A DNA stretch of 44,889 nt from an uncultured Syntrophaceae bacterium (GTDB lineage Bacteria > Desulfobacterota > Syntrophia > Syntrophales > UBA2192), in NCBI GenBank assembly GCA_964478885.1, contig CAYZKT010000003.1:1-44889 (forward strand). The letters are read 5' to 3'. The notes beneath the pieces were generated by a model, which saw only the letters and a program-made list of their open reading frames with translations, was not told the DNA's origin and ran no database searches. Numbering within the stretch: the first letter of the stretch is position 1; each line of letters starts with the position of its first letter. Positions 24,178 to 32,191 of this stretch are shown piece by piece. The translations under genes were made by a program, and so were the position numbers.

Positions 24178-25197
24178 ATGAACGACGTCAAGGAGATTCT
24201 TCAGGTCATCTGCCGCAACGAGGAGGTTGCCCGGAAGTTCTTCGAGATCGAAACGAGCATCCTCTCCATCCACAATTTCCGGGATCTCTTCGAAAAGCTC
24301 CTCACCGAGATCCACGACAAGTTCAGCGTCCCCCGCGTCTGGATCGCCATGACGGAGGACAACGACGTCTGGCGTCTTCTCGACCGCATGACGACCGGAG
24401 GCACCTTCGGGGATCGGCTCCGGGTCGTCGACGCGAAGGCCTTCGGCGAGATCGTCACGAACGGCTCGTCGCCCGTTCTGGCCAACGAGGGAATGGAGCG
24501 CTTTGCGAGCCTCCTGCCGGAGGGGACCCGCTACGCGCTGGGCTCGATTGCCGTCGTACCCCTCACCTACGAAGGGACGGCCATCGGAAGCTTGAACCTG
24601 GGGGATGAATCCCCCGAGCGCTACACACCCGGGATGGAAGTGAGCCTGCTGCGGCAGCTGGCCGTGAAGGTGTCCATCTGCCTGGCCAACGTGATGGCCC
24701 ACGAGAGGCTTGCCATGCTGGCCTTCCGGGACCCCCTGACGGACCTGCTGAACCGGCGCGTGATGGAGCAGGTCCTTCGCAGGGAATTCGACCGGGCCCG
24801 ACGCTACGGGACGGAGCTTGCCGTCGTCTTTCTCGACATCGACCAGTTCAAGGGGATCAACGACCGCTACGGGCACGACACGGGCGACGAGGTGCTCAAG
24901 TGGGTGGGCAACCGTCTTCTGGCCATGAGCCGCCAGAGCGACGTGGTCGCCCGGTTTGCCGGCGACGAGTTCGTCGTCGTCCTGCCGAACACGGGCACCG
25001 ACAGGGCGTACCGCTTCGTCGACCGGCTGCAGACCTTTTTCCTTTCCACACACCTCGCCCACGACGGCAGGGTGATCCCCGTTTCGGTCAGCTGCGGAAT
25101 CGCCACAATGGCCGACGCCGGCATGGCCGACCCCGTCGCCCTGCTGAAGAAGGCCGACGAGCGGCTGTATCAGAGCAAGAACTCGAAAAAGGAATAA
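24178..25197 (+). CDS. diguanylate cyclase (GGDEF domain, AGDEF variant) with N-terminal GAF/DUF484-like sensor region
   Basis: 339 aa from the ATG at 24178; the track start at 24106 is a TTG. The GGDEF domain contains RFAGDEFVVVL, with an RQSD I-site exactly 5 residues upstream. Confidence 0.75.
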   Translation: MNDVKEILQVICRNEEVARKFFEIETSILSIHNFRDLFEKLLTEIHDKFSVPRVWIAMTEDNDVWRLLDRMTTGGTFGDRLRVVDAKAFGEIVTNGSSPVLANEGMERFASLLPEGTRYALGSIAVVPLTYEGTAIGSLNLGDESPERYTPGMEVSLLRQLAVKVSICLANVMAHERLAMLAFRDPLTDLLNRRVMEQVLRREFDRARRYGTELAVVFLDIDQFKGINDRYGHDTGDEVLKWVGNRLLAMSRQSDVVARFAGDEFVVVLPNTGTDRAYRFVDRLQTFFLSTHLAHDGRVIPVSVSCGIATMADAGMADPVALLKKADERLYQSKNSKKE

Positions 25198-25233
25198 AAA
25201 ATCCCCCTCTGCCCCACGTGATAGGTCCACTGC

Positions 25234-25322
25234 GTCAATGCGAAGGAGCGAAGCGACTGAAGCAATCTCGCATTGTCGCAAACGGTGAGATTGCCGCGCT
25301 CCCTTCGGTCGCTCGCAATGAC
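25234..25322. repeat. intergenic imperfect palindrome between convergent GGDEF and cam genes
   Basis: The outer stem is GTCAATGCGA / TCGCAATGAC (1 mismatch). The inner stem GCAATCTC / GAGATTGC is perfect. A purine-rich arm GAAGGAGCGAAGCGAC faces GCGCTCCCTTCGGTCGCTCGC. Confidence 0.65.
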
Positions 25323-25364
25323 GAGTGGCACAGCCTCGGAAGCAGAGGGAGATTGGCCTTTAGC

Positions 25365-25976
25365 CTATTTCTGCGCCCCGTACCCCTTCGCCAGCGACGT
25401 GTTGACGTGGACGACACCCTTGTTGAGGCTCTTCAGGGGGTAGTCGTCGGTGATCGCGGGCAGCTTGTCCGCCTGGGCCTGGTCCTTCAGGACGGTGCCG
25501 GCCGGCACGTAGCGCCCATCGGGAACGGAGACGCCCATGAGGATGCAGCCCGGCTCGACGACGCATCCCTTGCCGACCCTCGCTCGGAAGACGAGCACCT
25601 GCATCCCCACGAAGCTGTCGTCGAGCACATAGGCCGGCCCGTGGATCTGGACCTGGTGGGCCAGCGACACGCGGTTGCCCACGTAGACGGCGTATTTATT
25701 CCCGCCGACCTCCACCTGATTCTTCTCCAGAGGTTTGCCGTGTTCCTCCGTCTCGAGGGCGTGGATCACGACGCCGTCCTGGACGTTGGAATCGTCGCCC
25801 ACGTGGAGGGGCTGGCCCTCGTCGCCGCGGACGGCCGCGAAGGGCGCCACGAACACGTTGCGGCCGATGATGACGTTTCCGATGACGAGCCCCAGCGGGT
25901 GCACGTACGCCGTGGGGTCGATCACGGGGTCACATACCTTCGAACTGAAATCGGTCTTCACGTTTTTTCCTATCAT
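25365..25976 (-). CDS. cam: gamma-class carbonic anhydrase, Cam type (left-handed beta-helix)
   Basis: 203 aa. It shows long colinear similarity, from memory, to Methanosarcina thermophila Cam. Shared features include VSLAHQVQIHGP (Zn His ligands), IPDGRYVPAG, ADKLP..TDDY and the C-terminal V.VN..LA.GY. No signal peptide. Confidence 0.75.
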   Translation of the reverse strand: MIGKNVKTDFSSKVCDPVIDPTAYVHPLGLVIGNVIIGRNVFVAPFAAVRGDEGQPLHVGDDSNVQDGVVIHALETEEHGKPLEKNQVEVGGNKYAVYVGNRVSLAHQVQIHGPAYVLDDSFVGMQVLVFRARVGKGCVVEPGCILMGVSVPDGRYVPAGTVLKDQAQADKLPAITDDYPLKSLNKGVVHVNTSLAKGYGAQK

Positions 25977-25993
25977 CTCTCTCCTCCCGCAAA

Positions 25994-26056
25994 CTGGTCT
26001 ATCTGGTCTATTTCGTCTGTTTCGTCTTTTTCGTCTGTCTGGCTTAGTCCGTCCGT
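25994..26056. repeat. seven tandem 9-nt units in the cam leader
   Basis: The in-phase units are CTGGTCTAT, CTGGTCTAT, TTCGTCTGT, TTCGTCTTT, TTCGTCTGT, CTGGCTTAG, TCCGTCCGT. They lie 18-80 nt upstream of the cam start codon. Confidence 0.7.
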
Positions 26057-26060
26057 TGGA

Positions 26061-26231
26061 AGGGTATCGGGTCTTGGGGCTCGGGTATCAGAAGATGAAG
26101 AGGGGTATCGGGTCCAGGGTATAGGGTATTGGGAAGGAAGAAGATTGCTTTATAGACAAAATCCTATTCCACCCCGATACCCTATACCCGAAACCCTAGT
26201 CCCTAGAATATTGACCCTATACCCGAGACCC
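26061..26231. repeat. large tandem-repeat-armed hairpin (cam/coaE gap), 3' arm runs into the coaE stop
   Basis: The 5' arm is GGGTATC-type heptamers (26062-26133), including GGGGTATCGGGTCCAGGGTATAGGGTATTGGG. The 3' arm is CCCCGATACCCTATACCCGAAACCCTAGTCCCTAG...CCCTATACCCGAGACCC. Confidence 0.7.
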
Positions 26232-26843
26232 TCTTTTTGCGCGTTCGCGCAAAAGCAGCTCCTCCCAGACCTCGCCGACGCGCTGTTCGAGCTGCTGCAT
26301 CGAACCGTCGTTGCGGATCACCACGTCGGTGCGCTTGAGTTTCTCGTCGATGGGCATCTGGGCCTCGAGCCTCGCCACGGCCTCGTCCCGGGTCATCCGG
26401 TTGCGCCTCATGACCCGCGCGATCTGCACTTCCCGGGGCGCATAGACAAGCAGGACCACGTCGAAGAGGCCCTGCATCCCCACCTCGAAAAGCAGCGGGA
26501 TATCGGACAGGACGATCGCCCGCTCGTCCTCCCGCCCGATCCGGTCGCGCTCCCGCTGCGCCTCCTCGAGCACCGCCGGATGTACGATGCCCTCCAGCGC
26601 CCTGCGCCGCTCCTCGCTGCCGAAGACGAGGGCCCCGAGCTTCTTGCGGTCGAGCCGTCCCGTCTCATCGAGGATCTCTCGCCCGAAGGCCTCGACGATG
26701 CGTTGCCAGACCGGCCGGCCCGGCTCCTGAAGGGCGTGGACAAGGGCATCGTGATCGATGACCCGCGCGCCCCTTCTCACGAGCATCCGGACCACCGTCG
26801 ATTTGCCCGTCGCGATCCCCCCTGTCAGCCCCACGTTCAGCAT
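26217..26843 (-). CDS. coaE: dephospho-CoA kinase
   Basis: MLNVGLTGGIATGKSTV... followed by HPAV. The start is taken at the ATG 26841-26843. The last codons (GSRV-stop) are encoded by a copy of the GGGTCTCGGGTATAG repeat motif. Confidence 0.8.
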   Translation of the reverse strand: MLNVGLTGGIATGKSTVVRMLVRRGARVIDHDALVHALQEPGRPVWQRIVEAFGREILDETGRLDRKKLGALVFGSEERRRALEGIVHPAVLEEAQRERDRIGREDERAIVLSDIPLLFEVGMQGLFDVVLLVYAPREVQIARVMRRNRMTRDEAVARLEAQMPIDEKLKRTDVVIRNDGSMQQLEQRVGEVWEELLLRERAKRGSRV

Positions 26844-26920
26844 CGGCACGCTTCTACCACAAGGCCCCCGTTCCGGCAACGAAAAACCCTAGGGCCCGGC
26901 CGCCCGGGGCGGATCTGACT

Positions 26921-26960
26921 CTTTTCTTCCCGATACCCGATGCCCTGGACCCGATACCCG
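26921..26960. repeat. solo C-rich arm of the GGGTATC family (inverted copy of 26102-26140)
   Basis: Its reverse complement CGGGTATCGGGTCCAGGGCATCGGGTATCGGGAAGAAAAG matches 26102-26140 at about 34 of 39 positions. The two copies bracket coaE. Confidence 0.65.
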
Positions 26961-27026
26961 GCTGCGAAGCAGGTTGGCAGGTCTTTTGCAATGCATCTCC
27001 GGGTACTGCTGCAGCCGGACAAGTCA

Positions 27027-27740
27027 ATGATTAATGTCAAGAATCTCCGCAAAACCTATGGCGACGTCGTCGCCGTCGACGATATCTCCTTCGAGGCGAA
27101 GAAGGGCGATATCCTGGGGTTCATCGGCCCCAACGGCGCCGGCAAGACGACGACCCTGCGCATCCTGTCGTGTTTCATCGAGCCCGACAGCGGGACGGCC
27201 AGCGTCGGGGGCTTCGACATCCGGACCCAGCCGGTCCAGGTGCGCCGCGTGCTGGGGTATGTCTCGGAAAAGTGCCCTTTCTACGGCGAGATGACCCCGC
27301 GGTGGTTCCTGAAGTTCGTCTGCGATGTCCGGGGCATCAACGGCACCCGATTCAAGTCCGAGATCGACCGGGTCGCCGCCATCAGCTCGTTGCAGAGCGT
27401 CATGGACCGCCGGATCGAGACCCTCTCGAAAGGGTTCCAGCGTCGCCTGGGCCTGGCCCAATCGCTGCTGGGGGACCCGCCCGTGCTCATCCTCGACGAG
27501 CCCATGTCGGGCCTCGACCCGAACCAGAAACAGGAGATCGTCGAGCTGATCCGCTTCATGGCCGCCGACAAGTGCTTCATTCTCTCCACCCACGTGATGG
27601 AGGAGCTGGAGACGATCTGCAACCGGGCCATCCTGATCAGCAGGGGGAAAATCGTGGCGGACTCCACGCCGCAAGACTTCAAGGAGAAGGGCCAGGGAAA
27701 GATCGACGCCTTCTTCCGCAGAGTGACCAACGGGGCCTGA
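27027..27740 (+). CDS. ABC transporter ATP-binding protein (GldA-like)
   Basis: MINVKNLRKTYGDVVAV...GPNGAGKTTT, LSKGFQRR, ILDEP. The start is taken at the ATG at 27027; the upstream part of the track ORF reads through a repeat arm. Confidence 0.8.
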   Translation: MINVKNLRKTYGDVVAVDDISFEAKKGDILGFIGPNGAGKTTTLRILSCFIEPDSGTASVGGFDIRTQPVQVRRVLGYVSEKCPFYGEMTPRWFLKFVCDVRGINGTRFKSEIDRVAAISSLQSVMDRRIETLSKGFQRRLGLAQSLLGDPPVLILDEPMSGLDPNQKQEIVELIRFMAADKCFILSTHVMEELETICNRAILISRGKIVADSTPQDFKEKGQGKIDAFFRRVTNGA

Positions 27741-27741
27741 C

Positions 27742-28476
27742 ATGCAGACCATCCGAGCGATCCTCAAACGGGAATTCCGCAGCTACTTCACGACCTCCAT
27801 GGGGTACGTGATCCTCGTCGTGTTCCTCGTCCTGACGGGGTTCCTCACGATCAAGGGCCGCTTCTTCGAGATGCGGCAGGCCGACCTGCGGGTCTTCTTC
27901 GACAACCTGCCCCTGCTGTACATCTTCTTCGTCCCCGCCGCCGGGATGCGCCTCTGGGCCGAGGAGCGCAAGGCGGGCACCATCGAGTTCCTCTTCACCC
28001 AGCCCGTGACGGTCACCCAGGCCGTGATCGGCAAGTTCCTGGCCGCGTGGCTTTTCCTGGTTGTCGCCCTGCTGTTCACGGCGCCCCTCGTGATCGCCGT
28101 CGCCTGGCTCGGCAGCCCCGACCCCTACGTGATCGCGACGGGCTACCTGGGCGCTCTCCTGATGGGCGGCGCCTACCTGGCGGTGAGCATTTTCTGCTCG
28201 GCCCTCACCCGCAGCCAGATCGTGAGCTTCGTGCTCTCGATCGGACTGATCGGCCTGATGGCCTACACCGACTCGCCGGCCGTCCTCACCTGGCTTGCCG
28301 GCATCGTGCCCCCGTACCTGATCGAGGCCATGGCCAACATGAGCTTCGCCGGACACTTCGAGTCCATGCTGCGCGGCGTGATCGAATTCCGCGACCTTTC
28401 ATTCTATGCCGTTCTCATTGCAGGGCTGATCGCCATCACCTGCCTCGTCGTCGACAACCGAAGGGAGTCATGCTGA
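27742..28476 (+). CDS. ABC-2 type transporter permease (GldF-like)
   Basis: 244 aa, 6 TM segments, starting MQTIRAILKREFRSYFTT. It starts 2 nt after the ATPase stop. Confidence 0.75.
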   Translation: MQTIRAILKREFRSYFTTSMGYVILVVFLVLTGFLTIKGRFFEMRQADLRVFFDNLPLLYIFFVPAAGMRLWAEERKAGTIEFLFTQPVTVTQAVIGKFLAAWLFLVVALLFTAPLVIAVAWLGSPDPYVIATGYLGALLMGGAYLAVSIFCSALTRSQIVSFVLSIGLIGLMAYTDSPAVLTWLAGIVPPYLIEAMANMSFAGHFESMLRGVIEFRDLSFYAVLIAGLIAITCLVVDNRRESC

Positions 28477-30323
28477 AGAAAAATGCCAAGGTCCTTGCGG
28501 CCCTCATCCTGATCGCGCTGATCACCTTCTCGTCCATCACGCTGCTCGCGAAGGCGGGCCGGGCGCTGAAGCTCGACGTCACGGAGGACCGCATCTACTC
28601 GCTCTCCGACGAGACAAAGAAGATCATGGCGGGGCTTACACACCCGGTGCGCCTCAAGCTCTTCTACTCCCGCACGGAGGCCCTGAAGGGATTCGACTCG
28701 CTGAGGGCCTACAGCAACTATTTCTTCTACATCCGAGATCTGCTGCGGGAGTACGCATCGCACTCCCGTGGGAAGATCTCCCTCGAGATCATAGACCCCC
28801 GGCGCGATTCCCGGGAGGAGCGCGAGGCCCTTCAGTACGGCCTGCGGCCGATCCCCACGGCGGGCGACGACCGGTTCTACTTCGGGCTCGTCCTGGCGAC
28901 CGAGTTCGGACAGGAGAAGGCCATCCCGCTGCTTTCGCCGGAGCGGCAGCAGCTGGCCGAATACGACATCACCGAGATGATCCACAGCGCCACCTCCCGG
29001 ACGAAGAAAAAGATCGGGTTCCTTTCCACGGTCAACCTCGGCACCGCCGCCTATCCCGCCGAAACGGCTCGGGCGATGGGTCTTGCGGATAACGCCCCGA
29101 AGGTGCCGTCGGCCCTGGAGTCGCTGAAGCCGCACTACGACGTGACGATGCTGCACCCCGACGCCGATCTCCGGAAGCTCCACGCCGTGCTCGTCGTCCA
29201 TCCCCGCAACCTTCCCGAGCAGACGATCGCGGCCCTGGACCGTTACGTCACGGGCGGCGGGAAGCTCGTCGTCTTCCAGGACCCCGCCTTCATGGCAGAC
29301 TCCTCCGCCTCGGCTGCGGGCAGCGCCTTCACGCCCGGGCAGAATGCGTCGAACCTCAACCGCCTGCTTGCCGCCTGGGGCTGCGAGATGGCGACCGATC
29401 GGCTCGCCGCCGACCCGGGGGCCGCTGTCCGCGCAACGGCAGGGCCCGCCACCCTGATGACGCTCACGGGCCAGGCCATCCGCAACGAAGAGGGGCTCAA
29501 CACCGGCGTGACCCAGGTCCGGGTCTTCAACGCCGGCGCGCTGCAGATCACGCCGATCCCGGGAATCGCGGCCGCCGTCCTTCTGCGGACCGCGGAGACG
29601 GGCGTCACCGTGCGCGCCGAGAACCCGCAGCAACGGGTCTCCGAAGGAAAGGAAATCGTCACCCTGGGGGTCCGGCTCACGGGCAGCTTCCCAAGTGCCC
29701 TCGCGGGCGAGACGGCCCCGGAGGCGCCCAACGCGGGCGCACCGCCCCCCCCGGCGGCAGGTGGCAAGCCCGCCCCGGTCGTGGTCGTCTTTTCCGACGT
29801 GGACATGCTGACGGGCGCCATGGCGACGGCGGCGCCGGCAGGCGGCAACGCCGATCTGCTCCTCTCCACGATGGAAGGTCTCACGGGCTCGGTTTCGCTC
29901 GCCGGCATCAAGGCCCGCGGCAGGGTCATCCGGCCTTTCAGCGCCGTGGAACGAATGGAAGAGAGTTACGAAGACGCGACGGCACACGCGATCGCCTCCC
30001 TGGAGTCCGAGATCGCCGCGGGGGAAAGGGATTTAAGCACCCTCGCCCGGAAGAGCCAGGAAGGCGAAGAATCCCTTCTGAAAGAGGAGATCCTGCGCAG
30101 CCGCAAGATGACCGAGGCGAAGGTCGCGCGCGCGAAGGAGGAACTGGCCGCCCTGCAGCACAAGAAACGCGCCATGGTGGAGAGTCTCTTCACGAAGTGG
30201 AAAGTTTTCATCCTGCTGGGGGGACCGGCCCTGGTGCTGCTCATCCCGGCAGTGGTTGTCGTCGGCCGCCTGTTCGGCCGGGTCGACCTGTCAAAGAGGA
30301 AGCTATGGACACGAGGCATCTGA
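28470..30323 (+). CDS. GldG-like ABC-transporter auxiliary protein
   Basis: 617 aa from the ATG at 28470 (MLKKNAKVLAALILIALITF...LDVTEDRIYSLSDETK). It has N- and C-terminal TM anchors and overlaps the permease stop by 7 nt. Confidence 0.65.
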   Translation: MLKKNAKVLAALILIALITFSSITLLAKAGRALKLDVTEDRIYSLSDETKKIMAGLTHPVRLKLFYSRTEALKGFDSLRAYSNYFFYIRDLLREYASHSRGKISLEIIDPRRDSREEREALQYGLRPIPTAGDDRFYFGLVLATEFGQEKAIPLLSPERQQLAEYDITEMIHSATSRTKKKIGFLSTVNLGTAAYPAETARAMGLADNAPKVPSALESLKPHYDVTMLHPDADLRKLHAVLVVHPRNLPEQTIAALDRYVTGGGKLVVFQDPAFMADSSASAAGSAFTPGQNASNLNRLLAAWGCEMATDRLAADPGAAVRATAGPATLMTLTGQAIRNEEGLNTGVTQVRVFNAGALQITPIPGIAAAVLLRTAETGVTVRAENPQQRVSEGKEIVTLGVRLTGSFPSALAGETAPEAPNAGAPPPPAAGGKPAPVVVVFSDVDMLTGAMATAAPAGGNADLLLSTMEGLTGSVSLAGIKARGRVIRPFSAVERMEESYEDATAHAIASLESEIAAGERDLSTLARKSQEGEESLLKEEILRSRKMTEAKVARAKEELAALQHKKRAMVESLFTKWKVFILLGGPALVLLIPAVVVVGRLFGRVDLSKRKLWTRGI

Positions 30324-31327
30324 TCCTGCTCGGCGCTGTCGCCGCCGTCCTCACCGGGGCCGTGGTCCTGGTCGGGATCCTTGAGGATCGCCAGGAGGTG
30401 ACCCTCAAGGAGGGGAGCTACATCCTCCAGGGGTTCAACCCGGAGAAGGTCTACGGGATCTACATCAAGCAGGGCGACGAAGCGCTCACCTTCAAACGCC
30501 GGGAAGAGCGGTTCATCCTCACGGGCAAGTACGACTACCCCGTCTCCAACGAACAGATCAACCGGATTGTGAAGGCCGTCGCCGATATCCGTTGCGCCGA
30601 GCGGGTGACCGCCGACGAGCGCAACCACGGGGCGCTGGGTGTTGCAGGCGAGAAAGGCGGCCTGGTGGTCCGCTTCTTCGGCGAATCGGGCCAGAAGATG
30701 ACGGGGATCATTATCGGCAGGGACCGGCCCGGGTTCCCGGGGTTCTACGTCCGGATGGAAGACGAGAAGCAGGTCTACCTGAGCACGGACGCGCTGCCGA
30801 AGGTAAGCACGAAAACCGTGGACTACATCCGCCGCGACCTGCCGCCGGGCCGCAAGAGCGATTACATCCGGATCACCTGCCAACACGGTTCGGAGGCCTT
30901 CTCCCTTGACCTGCGCGAGGGCAGGCCCGTGGTGGAGGATATCCCCCAAAAGCAGCAGCAGGACGATCGCGCCGTCACGGAGGTTCTGAAAACCCTCCAG
31001 CAGTTCCCCGTCCGCAACCTGTACCGCAAAGACGACCAGCCGGCTCTCATCTGGCCTGCGCGATTGGATTTCCACAGAAAGGACGGGACCGTCTATCGGG
31101 TCGAACTTGCGGAGAAGGACGGGCGGCACTTCGCCCGCGCCGAGGCGGTGGCGGACGTCTCCGAGGCAACGGGCAGTGCGACAGGCGGGGGCAAGGCAAA
31201 GGATGCCTCGCAGCCGACCCTCGACACCGTGGGAACCTTTAACCGGGATCACGATAACTGGGTCTACGAGATCGACCCCTCGTGGATGCGCGTGGCCCGG
31301 ATGAAGCAGGCGGACCTTCTGGAGTAA
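30305..31327 (+). CDS. DUF4340-like protein (usual partner of GldG-like proteins)
   Basis: 340 aa from the ATG at 30305 (MDTRHLILLGAVAAVLTGAVVLV...). It has a single N-terminal anchor and overlaps the upstream stop. Confidence 0.55.
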   Translation: MDTRHLILLGAVAAVLTGAVVLVGILEDRQEVTLKEGSYILQGFNPEKVYGIYIKQGDEALTFKRREERFILTGKYDYPVSNEQINRIVKAVADIRCAERVTADERNHGALGVAGEKGGLVVRFFGESGQKMTGIIIGRDRPGFPGFYVRMEDEKQVYLSTDALPKVSTKTVDYIRRDLPPGRKSDYIRITCQHGSEAFSLDLREGRPVVEDIPQKQQQDDRAVTEVLKTLQQFPVRNLYRKDDQPALIWPARLDFHRKDGTVYRVELAEKDGRHFARAEAVADVSEATGSATGGGKAKDASQPTLDTVGTFNRDHDNWVYEIDPSWMRVARMKQADLLE

Positions 31328-31345
31328 TCCGCACAGCGGATTCCT

Positions 31346-31437
31346 GGAAGTTAGGAAGTTATGAAGATAGGAAGTTAGGAAAAACCAGGCTATCGTCTTT
31401 CTTTTCCCTGTTCCGCTCCTCCGCTCTTCCTCACTTC
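31346..31437. repeat. intergenic tandem-repeat-armed hairpin (8-nt period GGAAGTTA)
   Basis: The 5' arm is GGAAGTTA GGAAGTTA TGAAGATA GGAAGTTA GG. The 3' arm is the pyrimidine-rich CTTTCTTTTCCCTGTTCCGCTCCTCCGCTCTTCCTCACTTC. A separate 7-bp hairpin AATCCGC-ACA-GCGGATT precedes it at 31326-31342. Confidence 0.55.
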
Positions 31438-32173
31438 AGGGCCTCCTGTCCTTCCCTGTCGGAAACGTCAACTCCCCCCCGTAATACCCGATGACGCTCA
31501 CGATCGGGGCCAGCGACAGAAGCATCGCGATGTAGACCCAGTGGCCGGCGCCCGCCTCGTCCATCACGCCGGGCACGCAGAACCGCCAGACAAAGGCTGG
31601 CGCAGCGATCGCCAGGAGGACCCAGGAGAGCCGCATCTTGACGGTGACGTGCGCCATGGGCCTGGCCATGTAGTTGAGCCACCAGGTGAACCAGCCCGTG
31701 AGCATGGCCGGCGGCATGAAGAGGATCCCGCCCGCCAGGCAGTGGAAGGCCGTCACCTCGAGGGACTTCACCCCCGTCACCATGTAGAGGATGTCGAAGA
31801 ACGTGGCCGAATACAGGAACACGATGGGGAAGTGGACCACCATCGGGTGCGGGTGGCGCCGCAGGAAGGGAACCCTTACGAGCAGGCCTGCGAGCCAGCC
31901 CGGCATGTCACGCTCCCCGCCCGCCTCTTTCTTCAGCGTGCCCGCCCGTGCAACTTTCTCCAGCACCTCCCTGCCGTGGGGGGCCGCGGCGATATCCGCG
32001 GAGAGGTCGCCGCCGGCGCGGTGGCGCTTCATGTGCAGGCCGCCCTTCCAGAGTTTGCTTGCGCTCACGTTGTAGACGACGCCGTCGACGGCCACGCAGG
32101 CCCGTTGCCCGTCGCTTCCGTCGCACCTGGCGAGCGCCTCCGCGTCGTATTCCTTTCCGTCCGGTCCGGCCAA
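31436..32173 (-). CDS. cytochrome b5-like heme/steroid-binding domain fused to a DUF2231-type 4-TM membrane domain
   Basis: The N-terminus has DGSDGQRACVAVDGVVYNVSASKLWKGGLHMKRHRAGGDL...APHGREVLE (COG4892-like). The C-terminal half is hydrophobic. It lies 18 nt downstream of cydB. Confidence 0.6.
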   Translation of the reverse strand: MAGPDGKEYDAEALARCDGSDGQRACVAVDGVVYNVSASKLWKGGLHMKRHRAGGDLSADIAAAPHGREVLEKVARAGTLKKEAGGERDMPGWLAGLLVRVPFLRRHPHPMVVHFPIVFLYSATFFDILYMVTGVKSLEVTAFHCLAGGILFMPPAMLTGWFTWWLNYMARPMAHVTVKMRLSWVLLAIAAPAFVWRFCVPGVMDEAGAGHWVYIAMLLSLAPIVSVIGYYGGELTFPTGKDRRP

Positions 32174-32191
32174 GGGGCTCCCTCCTCGGGA

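Noticed and set aside
20927-26231. Possibility that the repeated GGGTATC / CAGGGTT sequences are a CRISPR array
   Set aside because: There is no constant direct repeat separated by unique spacers of fixed length. The repeats are 7-9-nt tandem units arranged as inverted arms and scattered across separate intergenic gaps. No cas genes are in the window.
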